Below, piece after piece: positions 18,799 to 30,681 of a stretch of 44,711 nt of DNA. A model generated the notes under the pieces. The model was not told where the DNA came from and did not search any database. It was given only the letters and a program-made list of their open reading frames with translations. A program made the position numbers and the translations under genes. Origin of the DNA: Craspedostauros australis (Eukaryota); NCBI GenBank assembly GCA_030167865.1, contig JALAGF010004961.1, positions 62,001 to 106,711 of the forward strand, in the 5' to 3' direction. The stretch's first letter is position 1, and the number at the start of each line of letters is the position of its first letter.

Positions 18799-21700
18799 AA
18801 TGGACGTGACGAACAGGGCATCACAAATGGATTCGAATTGATGAATACCAGCACCTCTTCCAGGCATTGCTGTTCTGCGGAGAGACGCGTAGCATTGGGA
18901 AAGCAACATGAACATATAACATTATATCATACAACATATTTTACCAGGCAAACACTCAAGATTGGTTCCAGAACTTTGAATAGTACGTACTCTCGAGAGA
19001 TAGTCAAGATGCCACTCTGACGATTGGATGAACAAAGACTGGGCACATCGATGCGTTGGTCAATGTCGCTGCCATTGTGCGCTTGTCGATGTGACGACAA
19101 GTCAAGTGGATCACGTCAGTGTTGTTGCAGATGCTCTCGCAATCACCGATCCAGCACTGTTGGTGCAAGTACGTATTCCGAGTCCAGCGCTCCGACTTGG
19201 TGTCATGAGCTGAAGAGACCCGTCAACAAAAGAAGGATTGTGTCAAGGATCTTGCAGAACACAACAACGCACGTTCGAAAGATCGAGCAGAGCTTCCGTT
19301 CCACAGAAGGACCACAGAAGGACCACAGAAAGAACAGAACTTTCCAAGATTTGCGTCAAGAAGGATTCCCATCAGTTGCGGGAGTTTGGGTGATGGTGGT
19401 GACGTCGAAGATCTTCTTTCTCACTGCAACTGTGACGATTCCACACGGAAGATATCGTCAACTCCAGTTCTTGGATTCTCACCACACAAATCCTATTGGT
19501 GACACATCGGACATTTGCCTTCTCTTGATGGGCATTCTGGTCTCTGACGTGAGCCAGAGCCATCTTGCCTGCATTTCTCTTCATCATCCATTGGATACGC
19601 ACTTTCTGCCTCTGCCTTCAATGGGAAAGATACATGGAGGTGGGAGGTCCTTCCGCCACTCCTGTGACGATCCTTTCTGCTTGACTCTGGTCTGTCTTCA
19701 GACAAAGCTGTACGAGTACTATGATGGCCTCGACGACACTCATGTGCGTCTTTACCTTGTTCAGCTACTCAACTTGTTTCACCGATGTCATCGCATCCAC
19801 GCATGCGATGGCTTACGCTGCTCACCCGACCTATCTCTTTCTTCACCAAAAAACAGGATCAAACTGACAGAACTTCTCTTGGTTCGCGGAGGGCCATTTG
19901 GATCTTTGCATCAATTCTCACTGGATGTTCTGATTCGGCAGTTCTTCTGAGCGGCTCTGTGTCATGCCTGTGCAATCCACCTCATTGGATTGTTGACGTC
20001 ACGATCTGATTCGCTCAAATGCCGTGGCACATTCATTGGCCATCCGCTGGACAGATCAGATGGAGATGACGCTGACTTGAAGTACGTCATGCAGATTGGG
20101 ACTGATGTGAAGAACAGGTGCTTGATTGGTGGACGAGAACGACAGTGCAACACCCTTGATTTCGTGTCTCACTGATGTCGTCAAGCCGCACGTGCCTAAA
20201 TACGATTGGCCACGTAGTGCATGCTCGCCATTTTTAAAAAAGCGCACTTAGCCTCAACGCCTTTGGTTGGCTGTCGCTTCAACACCTCACGGCGTTTTGA
20301 TTGGTCCGATCTTGCAGCGTCACAGAATTTATCCGTCGTTTTTTTGCATGGTGCGCTGTCTTGTGTCGTGAAGCACGAGCACGCCGAACAGGAAACAGCG
20401 AAACATCCGCGCTGGCGACATCAGCAAAACATCAAAGACAGCACAAGCGCCGTAAAAGCACGAGCACAAATGCGCGTTGCGTGTCTTTGTTGTGGCGAAA
20501 AGGAAAAGATACTCATCCACGTTGATAACTGCGCACAGACACGGGCCGATGTGGCGCATCTTGTGCTTTTGGTTGAATTCAACTACGCCACCTCCTCCTT
20601 GAACAACACATCTCCGGAGGCTACGTTCAGCTGAATCTGCTCCTTGTCTCTGTTTGGCCTTGGGGATGATGGACGACATCCACACCCACCACCGAATCTT
20701 TTCTCCGACATCTTAGACAGAACAAAATTGAGCTTCTTTGCTTTCGCAGCGCTTTCCCATCAAGAGCGGCGCAAGAGAGATAGAAGGACAACTACAATTG
20801 CCGACGACAGCGACGAATCAATCACACCAGCATCGACATCGACATCGACATCCACATCCACCGATACAAACAGAAGGAACAAGGATCATCCATCCATCTA
20901 CCCATCCACGCACCCATCCACCCGTCGATCCATCAATGCAACCTTCGTCAACCAACCCTTACGTCCAAGCGAAGCACCCCAACACAACACGCTACTTGCA
21001 GATACTATACTGGTCGAAAGAAAAGGAGGAAGGAGGACGGAACAAACGAGAGTAGCACATGCGCAGCTGTGCACAGAAGAGCAGAACAGAGGAAGCCGCA
21101 GAGAAACAAGGAAGCAATGACTTCATTCCCTCGCCGGCAGACGGTGTCATGTTGGGCAGAACAAGCTCGGCCGTTGCTCATGGGGATGCGCAGGAGCAGC
21201 CTTTCCGCAGCAGGTGAGTCCATTGTTGTTGCTTGCTGCTTGTTACTTGTTGCGCAGAACGGAACATCGAGAGATTCAGCCCACGATGATGACAGGAGAT
21301 CGGCAAAAGAAACACCGCCGCGCAAACAAGACACGATGGAACCAGTACATGAAATGGCCGACAGACGCAGACTGTGCGATCACCACGCAGAACAAACAAA
21401 CAACGATGCGACGCGATGCGATACAGATCACGAAGATACTGTTAGTACGCACCAGTGCACTCTACCAGCATTGGCAACAACATTGCCAACAACAACAAAA
21501 GCAACGAGATCTACCCAAAGCAATTGCCAAACACTCAATGGGACAAACGCACGACTCCAGTCGTTCGTTGAAGGCAGAAGGGTGTTCCGTTCATGTGGGT
21601 TGAGAAGCATCCGCACATTTCTCATGGTCCGAACGGAATGAAAAAGACGGCAGAAGCATCGACTTTTCCCAGAATCAACGGCACACTCTGGAGGAGGAGG

Positions 21701-23232
21701 AAGAGGAACAACCGCAAAGGATACCATCATCGTGATCTCGAGTGAAAGCAGGAGATGGAGGAACATGGACGCACATCAATGCAATACATTCATTGCATCC
21801 TCCAACCATGCACATGAAGAGGGGAGAGACACAAGGGCACACATGCTCGTATGGGCGCACCCATCAGTGGGTTTTGGATACGGTGTCTCTCTTCCTCTCA
21901 TTTTGGTGTCAACAAAAGGTGTCACCAATCCATTCGGCTGGCGCCAAATCAATCAACCGCTCGATCAGTCAGTCCCTCGGGCGAAACGACCCATCAACGA
22001 TGTGACGCCAACTGCGACAAAGACATCGACTACGGAGCTGAGCACAAAGGCCCACCACTTTGACAAAGCCAGCGGCAAGGCGCCATCATGCATGTTGCAC
22101 CATAGTCAACATGATGCTGGATCTCTGCTGTGCTATACTCCATGATGCTCAATGCACCAACATCAATACCAGGATCCAGCCTCAACATGGTGCAGCAAAA
22201 CACAACACAGCACACAACCACGATGACATCGCATCCTTTGATACTACGCCAACGCTCTACCGATACGGCCATCCGCGAGCTACTCCGCCTTCTTCCTTCC
22301 CGCAGTAGTGACCAATGCACAAACACGCGCAACGAAGACAGCAAACCACGACCACTTTCTGTCCAAAATCAACTTGGTGATCGGAGAAGCACAGGCACCG
22401 AATGTTGTCAAGACATCTCCACGATCAAGGACGAACGGGCGTCGTGGCCAGTCGTGTGTTTTCGGGTCTTTTGGTGCCGGAAGCATCTGTCAGCACGAGT
22501 CATTTCGACACAAGATGCTCGCCAATTCTCTGGTACTCAGCCTGAGTGGGCAATCGTGCAAACCGGCACTGTTTTCGGTACTCGAATCTACGCGCAAGAG
22601 CAACTGGTGCTTCAAAATGACTGGCGAAGATCTGTCCTTCCTTGAATCACGGAGGAATGATATCCGATTCGGTGCCTCTCTCAGTACCTCCGCGTCGCTT
22701 CCACGAACAACGTCGTCGTCTCACCCATCCCGATGTTCGCCTCCCTTGCCTTCTGTTCCAACCGTTTTTCGGTTTCGGCCACGCTTTTTCTTCCTTTCGC
22801 TCCCGCGTTCCTTTTGCCTCGCTCTGTCTTGTGACTTTGGTTCACCGGCGCGATGCTGCGTCTCGCTGTCTTGTTGTTCGGATCCAATTCTGTCGCGTCG
22901 CTTCGCGACCACTACACGCGGCTTCTCTCTCATCTCTCTCTCTCTTTCTGTGCCCGCTTCGGTTGCCGTGTGGTGCCGCGCATTCCAACCTCAACATCAA
23001 CAACGATCATTGCCATCAACCACCGATCTACTCTGTGCCTTCTCCTTCTGCCGTGTCCATCATCACCTCCACCAACAAAACACCAATACGCGCACACCGC
23101 ACTGCATGCTTCATCCTCATCCATCCCGCCACCACAACAACAACAGCCGCAACAGCCGCAACAACAGATGTCCACACATCGTCAGTATCAGCAGCAACAT
23201 CGTCATCGTCATCCACCGATAACGAGGCCAGC

Positions 23233-26200
23233 ATGAGCAACGTCCCATTGCCGCCGGCCTCATCTCTTCTGCGACCAACGACGCAACAGCAGGCGCAGCA
23301 ACGACACCAGCTGCCAAACGCACACGCCATGTTCAACTTGGCAGTTGGAGAACCCTCGCAGCCGCTTCAGCAGCAATCCTACGACCAAGACAACGGCAAG
23401 ACGAACACGAAAACGAATGCAAATACAGATGCGGATGGTCTCATGAGGAAGCAATTCGGCCACAGCCAACGCCAAATGCACCAGCAACAACTACAGCCGC
23501 AACAGCAGCGCGAGGCAACAACGTTAACATCTTCATCCGAAGCAATGGTCGCAAGACTCATGGCATCGTCCTCCGCAGCAACAGCTGCTGCATCAACTCC
23601 ATCACGCGCGGTTCATGATACTGCCAATACCCACACGCGTATTCTGGCTCGCACAACAGCAACACTGCCAAACACCCTCCCAGAACAAGGACAGGCGCAA
23701 CAACAACAACAAGGACAGATGGAGGGAGGGATAGATCGTGCACACGAACCAGAACAAGCTCCAAACAGCTTGCGAACTTCGGATGCAAACATGACGTCAC
23801 AGAAATGGCAGAGACATTCTTGGAGAATATCAGAACATCACACACTGACATCGGTGTGTCAGGAAGCTGGGTTGCGACCCGAAGCAGAACATCTTCGTTC
23901 GGTTTCGGCTTCAAAAGATCGCTCACAAGATCTTATCGCCGCTCAGGAGCTGTTGGCTGCAGTACCACCACCCACGCGAAGAACAAGCCCGAGCTCCGCC
24001 ACCGACGACAGCGGTGACAGCGGCGAAGAAAGAAGCAGAAACAACTTCTGCGATCTTCGCGGCACAACCAGAACGGACTCATCATCTCGACAGCAGGCAG
24101 CGATCGCATCGCGCACTCCGGAAACACCGACATCGCTCACCATGTCAGCTGCTGCTTCTGTGGCTGGTACTGGTGCTGTCACGGATCTTTCTCCGAACAT
24201 CCAGCCCGAGACGAGTATTCACAACGCAGAACAGAACCACCATTCGCAGAAAACAGCCAAAGCATTTGTTCCATCAACACAAAACGCAACAAGAACAGCA
24301 ACGCCAACAGCGACAGCAGCAACACCAACCGCAGTAGCAGTAGCCCCATCAACACATGCGAATGCATCCACACTGGCGACCAATGCCAACAACAAGAAGC
24401 GCACAATCATGTCAATATCAACATCAGCAGCATCGTCATCGACGCCATCAACGCCATCAACAGCCAAAGCGACGACAACACCAAGCACATCATCCTCCGT
24501 GACAACACATCAGCCAAAAGTATCTTCTTCCATGCCATCACCGCCAACAACGGCACCATCCACGAAACGCCCAAGGAAACAGATGGGCACGACCATGGGC
24601 TTGGGACTCACCTTGGATCTTGGCGCGATCAACCGAGGCTTTTCGCAGACATCATCGCCATCTTCCATCCCAACCACAGACGCGCTCATGGAACATCAAC
24701 ATCCGCACCAACACCGACGCGTCCTGCATCACAACAGCAGACGCATCAACATGAGTCTGCGTGCAGCCACCGTTGCTGCATCTGCTTCTTCGTCTTTGGC
24801 TTCTTCCATCTCTGTCCCCGCTTTCACAAGCGATGGCCATGCGCCAGACGAGCGAAGGGATCCGCCTGCTGTTGTCGATACTGTGCGAAACACGCCTGCT
24901 GTTGCGCAGAATGGGTCTGCAACAGCACCTCGATCAAGTCTGAACAAGGCTAGCGCACACAATGAGGTCGTTGGCGCAAGCGACACCAACTGCTCTGCAA
25001 CCGCCTCTGCTGCATCATTGGTTACACCACGCACTGGACGCAACTACCAACATCACAGCAGTGAGAGCAGCAGCGACAACACCAGCAGCGATGCTGCGAC
25101 AGGTGCGCGCAATCCTTCTGGCGTCAAGCCTGTGATTGTTCCGCTGAACCTACCCTTGCCATCAAGCGCGTCATTACCGGGTACACGTCTGACATTGTTC
25201 CCATCATCACATGCACCAATCCGAACAAACGACACATCGACCACAGCATCGTCACCGCCAACGCCAACCACGATGTTCACATCTGCATCAAGCAGCAACG
25301 AGAACAACAACAAGAACAACAACAGTGGCAACGCACAGAAGCAGCACGGGCCCAAGCGATTGACCCTGTCGGCCTTCAGACGTCCGGAACAAACGGTCCG
25401 GCTCACCACGTCCGATCCATCCAAGCGGTTGGAACAGGACTACGACTTGATGACATCGCCCAGCATCCTGGGACACGGCACCTTCTCGACTGTGCGCCGT
25501 GGCATCCGCAGGTCGGATGGCAGCTTCGTCGCTGTCAAGAGCATCGCCAAGTACGAGGCACTCAGGTCGAGGCGTTTGCGCCGAGCCTCCGTGGTGGCAT
25601 CCAACACCAGGGCCAACCGCAACGGTGCCAACTCCACCCATGCTCAGAACGGCAGCTGCACCTGCGCAAGCGGCGAGGCTTGTGCTGACAGCGCAGCAAC
25701 AACCCAAGAGCTCGACCTGCTGCTGCCCCAAACATCGAGGCACATGGACGAGTGGGAGATCCTGCACAAGATGCGACACAACCCGCACATTATCACCCTC
25801 TTCGATGTGTACGAGACAGACGACGAGATCCACCTCGTCACAGAGTACTGTCCAGGTGGGGAGTTGTTCGCCGCTATTCGCACCAAGAACGAACGGCAAA
25901 CGACCGCTCCCTCGCGACGGGCACGCTTCTCGGAAGCTCAGACTGCGCACATCGCCAACCAGATGCTGCGCGCGTTGGAGGATCTGCACGCCAACAACAT
26001 CGTGCATCGCGACATCAAGCCTGAGAACATCCTGCTCGTGGACGACGACGAGTCCGACATGATCGTCAAGCTTGCCGACTTTGGCATGGCCAAGAACCTG
26101 CGCGGCACCAGAGGCGCACGCAACAGCGCGTCGACGAAGTCACCACGGTCCCCGTCGCTTTCGAGCACGGAAGACACGGACGGCGAATCATCCCCACCAA

Positions 26201-27195
26201 CACCACTCATGGCATCGGCAGCAGACGCCGCTACCATCGCACCAGAGACCAACCGAGGAGCGCACGGTCCAGCCATGGATATCTACGGTCTTGGTGTGAC
26301 CATCTACATCCTCCTCTGCGGATTCTCACCCGTGTTCTCGGAGGATGGAGTCGTCTTCCCGGACTCCCATTGGAGACAGGTCAGCCACAGCGCCAAGGGC
26401 ATCATCCGGAAGATGCTGCATGCAGATCCCTGCCAGCGCATCACCGCCCGTGATGCCCTCAACAACCCATGGATCCGTCAGCAATCGACGCGAGTCCGAC
26501 GTGGTTCCATCTCTGCCAACTTCGAGCTGGTCCGCGAGCGCCTTGCAAGAGAGCTCCTCCAAAGCCAATCAGCCGCCGCCAGTGCCGACGCAAAACGACG
26601 CATCAGCATCGACCTCACCAAGACGCTGTCCGAGGTGGTGTTGCCACCAACCCCTTCCAAGCCCATTCGCAACACCTCCGAAGGGCCGAACGACCACATC
26701 AGCGTGGCGGTCACTCCAACCCCTCGCAAGCGACCGGCACGTTTGGGAAGGCGCTCGAGGTCGCGATCACGCTCTCGTTCGCGTTCTCCATCCACGAGGA
26801 CTCCGCTGTCGGCGGCATCGCACAAGCGCAAGCTGATGAGCAGGCCGAGTTTCGGCAACACGAAGCGCAGGCGCCAGACCGTTGTCAGCGTGACCATGTC
26901 GGATCTGTTCTCCGGTTGCAACGCCAAGAGAGACGTCCGGGTCACAAGCTCCGTGGAGGAGGACCATGGCGATGAAATCAACGTTGATATCGACGTTGCC
27001 ATTGCTGGTGATGCTCATAGCAACGTGCATCATGATGTCATGCCATCCCCGTCGTCGCATCAAATGGATACTTCAACTGATGGAGTCTCCACTCGTACGT
27101 CCGAAGAGAAGGACACAGCGACGATGGATGTCCCACCTCCTCCACTCACAAGTACAAGCGCCTTCCCGACAAGTCACAACATCGCTTGCGGCTGA
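23233..27195 (+). CDS. Ser/Thr protein kinase, CAMK-like, with a long low-complexity N-terminus and an R/S-rich C-terminal tail (~1320 aa; kinase domain ~25441-26475)
   Basis: Motifs GHGTFSTV, VAVK, DEWEIL, TEYCPGGELF, HRDIKPEN, KLADFG, APE, DIYGLGV and RITARDALNNPWI. The start is placed at ATG 23233 (MSNVP). The frame is open back to 22642, with an ATG at 22657, but that stretch looks like a CT-rich leader. Confidence 0.88.
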   Translation: MSNVPLPPASSLLRPTTQQQAQQRHQLPNAHAMFNLAVGEPSQPLQQQSYDQDNGKTNTKTNANTDADGLMRKQFGHSQRQMHQQQLQPQQQREATTLTSSSEAMVARLMASSSAATAAASTPSRAVHDTANTHTRILARTTATLPNTLPEQGQAQQQQQGQMEGGIDRAHEPEQAPNSLRTSDANMTSQKWQRHSWRISEHHTLTSVCQEAGLRPEAEHLRSVSASKDRSQDLIAAQELLAAVPPPTRRTSPSSATDDSGDSGEERSRNNFCDLRGTTRTDSSSRQQAAIASRTPETPTSLTMSAAASVAGTGAVTDLSPNIQPETSIHNAEQNHHSQKTAKAFVPSTQNATRTATPTATAATPTAVAVAPSTHANASTLATNANNKKRTIMSISTSAASSSTPSTPSTAKATTTPSTSSSVTTHQPKVSSSMPSPPTTAPSTKRPRKQMGTTMGLGLTLDLGAINRGFSQTSSPSSIPTTDALMEHQHPHQHRRVLHHNSRRINMSLRAATVAASASSSLASSISVPAFTSDGHAPDERRDPPAVVDTVRNTPAVAQNGSATAPRSSLNKASAHNEVVGASDTNCSATASAASLVTPRTGRNYQHHSSESSSDNTSSDAATGARNPSGVKPVIVPLNLPLPSSASLPGTRLTLFPSSHAPIRTNDTSTTASSPPTPTTMFTSASSSNENNNKNNNSGNAQKQHGPKRLTLSAFRRPEQTVRLTTSDPSKRLEQDYDLMTSPSILGHGTFSTVRRGIRRSDGSFVAVKSIAKYEALRSRRLRRASVVASNTRANRNGANSTHAQNGSCTCASGEACADSAATTQELDLLLPQTSRHMDEWEILHKMRHNPHIITLFDVYETDDEIHLVTEYCPGGELFAAIRTKNERQTTAPSRRARFSEAQTAHIANQMLRALEDLHANNIVHRDIKPENILLVDDDESDMIVKLADFGMAKNLRGTRGARNSASTKSPRSPSLSSTEDTDGESSPPTPLMASAADAATIAPETNRGAHGPAMDIYGLGVTIYILLCGFSPVFSEDGVVFPDSHWRQVSHSAKGIIRKMLHADPCQRITARDALNNPWIRQQSTRVRRGSISANFELVRERLARELLQSQSAAASADAKRRISIDLTKTLSEVVLPPTPSKPIRNTSEGPNDHISVAVTPTPRKRPARLGRRSRSRSRSRSRSPSTRTPLSAASHKRKLMSRPSFGNTKRRRQTVVSVTMSDLFSGCNAKRDVRVTSSVEEDHGDEINVDIDVAIAGDAHSNVHHDVMPSPSSHQMDTSTDGVSTRTSEEKDTATMDVPPPPLTSTSAFPTSHNIACG

Positions 27196-28029
27196 GCACT
27201 CCAACATTCACAAAATACAAACAAAAATCAACTCAAGCAGACCGCGCCTGACAACGACGCCAGTCTGCCCTTGCACACAACGAGACGAGTCGTCCTCCGA
27301 CCGTCGCATCCATTCATGTACATCAAATCCATTCGCCGCGCCGTGTTGAATCAGCATGAGCCCAGCATCTTTCGCACCGGGCTCCCGGCACAGCAGCGAT
27401 GGAAGACCTGCACCATTTTGACACAACCAAATTTAGTATTCTACCCACATCTGTATCAATGTATGTAAAACTAATGTTACACTATTGTGAACATACTTCA
27501 TTCCATTTCGTGTCACACAAGTCTGTGTTAGTTGAAACTAATTGCGGGAGATCACTGCATCACCTCATGTGTTGTCGCGGTGGATACGCGCTGGCAAGGT
27601 ACCAATACTTGATTGCAGTGGCAGCTCCAGCTCGTGCTGTCGCTGCAGTTGCTTCTTGCATGACGTGGACGAGCATCAAGTCCCATGGAGACACGATCAC
27701 CCAACCCGATCCCATTCCATTGCACAAGGACAAGGTTGGAAGTTGGAGATTCCATCCAAGATGTAACTACGAGTACAATTCATTCTCCGTATATTGTTGT
27801 AACTAATGTACAAGTAATGCGAGTCCGCTGGTACGATCGCTGGTCTTGCGATTGGCTCTTTCCGTCTATTGCCCAGATCTTGTCGCGGATGTGCTCATTT
27901 TGCAGAGTAGAGGAGAGCAGAATAAGATTCATTCAACCCTTTCTGCTCTTCGAAGTCTCTCCAGTGCCTGCACACCCCATGAACATGTCTTCCCACAAAC
28001 ACGCGTATCAGAGTCTGCTCTGCTGTGCT

Positions 28030-28650
28030 CTATACCAGAACCTCCTTCGTGACCTTCGGCTGCGGCCTCGGTTTGGATCGCGACCTCGACGACCGTGCGC
28101 GACGGCTGCGACTGCGACTGCGGCCCGATTTGCGCGACTTGCTGTCGGACTTGACGTCGTCGATGATATCATAGTTGCTGGTGTTGCCCGTGCGTCGCGA
28201 GCGGCTTCGAGACCTTGAGGATCGTGACCGTGACGCGCTCTTGCTGCGGGATCGTGATTTGCTGTCGCTGGAGCTCTTTTTCCGTGATTTGGATGATGTT
28301 GGTCGGCGCATCATGGCCCGGTAGACCACGATGGCGATGAGCAAGGCGATGATGACGGCGCCGATCTTCATGAAGGTGTTGAAGCCCTTGCTTTCGCCGA
28401 GGAAGCTGAACATGCCGCCCGAGTCTTCACCGCTGCTGCCGCTGCCTCCACTCTTTCCCGTGCTGACACCGTCCGCATCGTAGTACTTGTCATAGACACC
28501 CTCGTTGTAATCCTTCATGGCGACATCATCGTCGAACCAACCAGCGCGCTTCCTCCAGTAGTCGACGTCCTCTGTGCGACGGGAGCGCAGGTTGCGGGTC
28601 TGTATGGTGCTCGCCATCACGTTCTCAACAAGGTTGCTGAGGGTCTCCAT
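28030..28650 (-). CDS. Uncharacterised single-pass membrane protein with an RS/K-rich C-terminal tail, ~206 aa
   Basis: ATG at 28650 (METLSNLV) with coding-like codon bias. TM helix IGAVIIALLIAIVVY is followed by RSRSKSASRSRSSRSRSRSRR repeats. The upstream in-frame extension to 28959 looks non-coding. Confidence 0.78.
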   Translation of the reverse strand: METLSNLVENVMASTIQTRNLRSRRTEDVDYWRKRAGWFDDDVAMKDYNEGVYDKYYDADGVSTGKSGGSGSSGEDSGGMFSFLGESKGFNTFMKIGAVIIALLIAIVVYRAMMRRPTSSKSRKKSSSDSKSRSRSKSASRSRSSRSRSRSRRTGNTSNYDIIDDVKSDSKSRKSGRSRSRSRRARSSRSRSKPRPQPKVTKEVLV

Positions 28651-28692
28651 GGTACTGCGCAGTACTCGTATGTGTCGAATTGGGCTTGGGTG

Positions 28693-28739
28693 TGTATTGC
28701 GTTTGGTATGTATTGCGTTTGGTATGTATTGCGTTTGGT
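28693..28739. repeat. 16-bp tandem repeat (TGTATTGCGTTTGGTA) x ~3 in the 5' leader of the RS-tail gene
   Basis: Copies start at 28693, 28709 and 28725; directly visible. Confidence 0.85.
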
Positions 28740-30681
28740 GTGAGTTAAGAGGCAGTAGCAGCAAAGTGCGGCTTTCGTGGTTGATGCCTTGGGAATGCGA
28801 CGGATGGCAATTGATGAGGAGTTGGAGGATGGGTTGGCGGAGGATGTGAACAATTGCCAATGCGTTCCAATAATGGATGACACAGTGATGATGGTGTGTT
28901 GCGAAGGACTCTGGACCTTCGTCAGTCGGCGGTTGATGTCGGCGATGACTGGCTACCAATCAATTGTCTCACAGCAGAGTAAAGTAGTGTCTGGCAGAGT
29001 GAAGTCCTCTCCTCTTGTTGCTTCTCTCTTGCTAATACTCTTTCCCATGATGTCGTTCCGTTTCGCGGAAGGTTCCTCTCGACACCAACAAAGAGAAGAA
29101 ACGGTGGAGAGAACGTGACGATCGTGATGACAGGCGACTTCCGCAATTGGTGTTTCGCTATCGTTGAAAAATTCACGACAATGCGGTTGTGTGAGTATCA
29201 AAAAATAATCGCACACATGCGCGCAGGACGTCACGCTTCGACAAAAATAGAGCTCAAACTTCTTTCCCGTTGCGCACATTCGCGGCCAACCACGATTATT
29301 AATATATTCAAATATGAGTGTGTTCATAAATCAGCGAGTCACGCACGCGGGTCGGGCATCACAATTTGATGCAACATCCTGGATTGGCGAAAACGCAACA
29401 ATGCCGTGACGAAACGGCATCGCCATACCTGCACCTGTCCATCTCACTATCCCAGTTTGAATGTCGCCTCCCACCGTCATCATCACTTCGTCCACAGCCA
29501 GCCAGCCCGGCATCCTGAAGCAAGTGCATGGGTGTGACGGTTGAATGTTGCAGCGAAGCAGCGATCACGATGTGACACGAAAGGATCAATTGTTCATTGT
29601 GTTCTGATCGATTGTGTTGATTCTTCGTGGAGTATAGTAGGGGAGGTTGATTGTCTCCAGCTGCGCTGATTGATTGGATGGGCATTGTATCATAGGCAGC
29701 AATGACTTTGTGCAGACCATGTAAGACATATTGCATTGGCTTGTTCATTGCCGCGTCATGTCTGTATGGTAGCGACAGCCGTCTCCGGTTGCAGAGTGGA
29801 AAGGTGGAACCAGTCAAGATGATGACTCACTGTGCCATACACCTTTTGCCTTCAAACAAACAAGCAATTCGAAGGTATGGTTTGCAGTAAGACAGACCTC
29901 TTCACCGAACAACCATGTTTGCAAGACACGGAATGTGCGGAGCAGAAAGAGATGTGTCGTTCACTGCTACGAGTCGATTCGGAAAAAGGCGCCAACTTCA
30001 ATTCTATATTTAAGAACATAGCCATGACTCCAATTTGGTCGTGAATCTCGTCAAATCGTGTTCGTCGTTTGACTAGATCGACCACAGCTGCACTTTGTCG
30101 AAAAAGTGTCAAGGGCGAGTCCGGGTGATTTCGATCGAACCAACCAACGCATGATGATGGATCAGGCGCCAACACAGAGAAGGAACGAGTGTGGCTGCCG
30201 CCAACCAACGAAGGTACGACTACCCACACTGCGCGCAACCGAGCGAAAGCGACTTCCACGTGGGTATCACGGATCGTTCGTTCATCGCTCTCCGTCCTGC
30301 CATTTCTTGGTTTGGCCTTGGTCGCCCATCCAATCTCACGTTCCATCCATCCATTCCATCCAACAACCAACCGCCCACTCCACGCCGCGGATCCTTCCGA
30401 TTGCCAATTCGGAAGGAGGACAGTGCGGCACTACACATCATTGCATTGCACATCATTGTGTTGTATTATATTGTATTGCATTGAGCTGTGACACACAAGA
30501 GAGTTTGGATCGTCGGTTGTGCCACGGAACAATCCAACCGCGCCGCCTGCTGTCCCATACTCCCCTGCACTCTCAAGGACCGACGATCTGCATCCGCACC
30601 CGAGGCTGCCATTCACGCTGGCGTCATTACTTGGACGCAGCAGAGCACTCGTGCTCCAATCAACCGATCCATCGACCCAAG

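Noticed and set aside
22642-23232. N-terminal extension of the kinase ORF as given by the ORF track
   Set aside because: It contains CT microsatellite and AC-rich leader-like sequence with non-protein-like composition. ATG 23233 is preferred, although the ATG at 22657 cannot be formally excluded.
29359-29817. 152-aa minus-strand ORF with a TPMHLL ankyrin-like word
   Set aside because: A single short motif with no repeat context, which is too weak to call.
30106-30681. Upstream in-frame extension of the DUF760 ORF
   Set aside because: GTG start and leader-like composition. It would bury the signal peptide that begins at 30682-30727.
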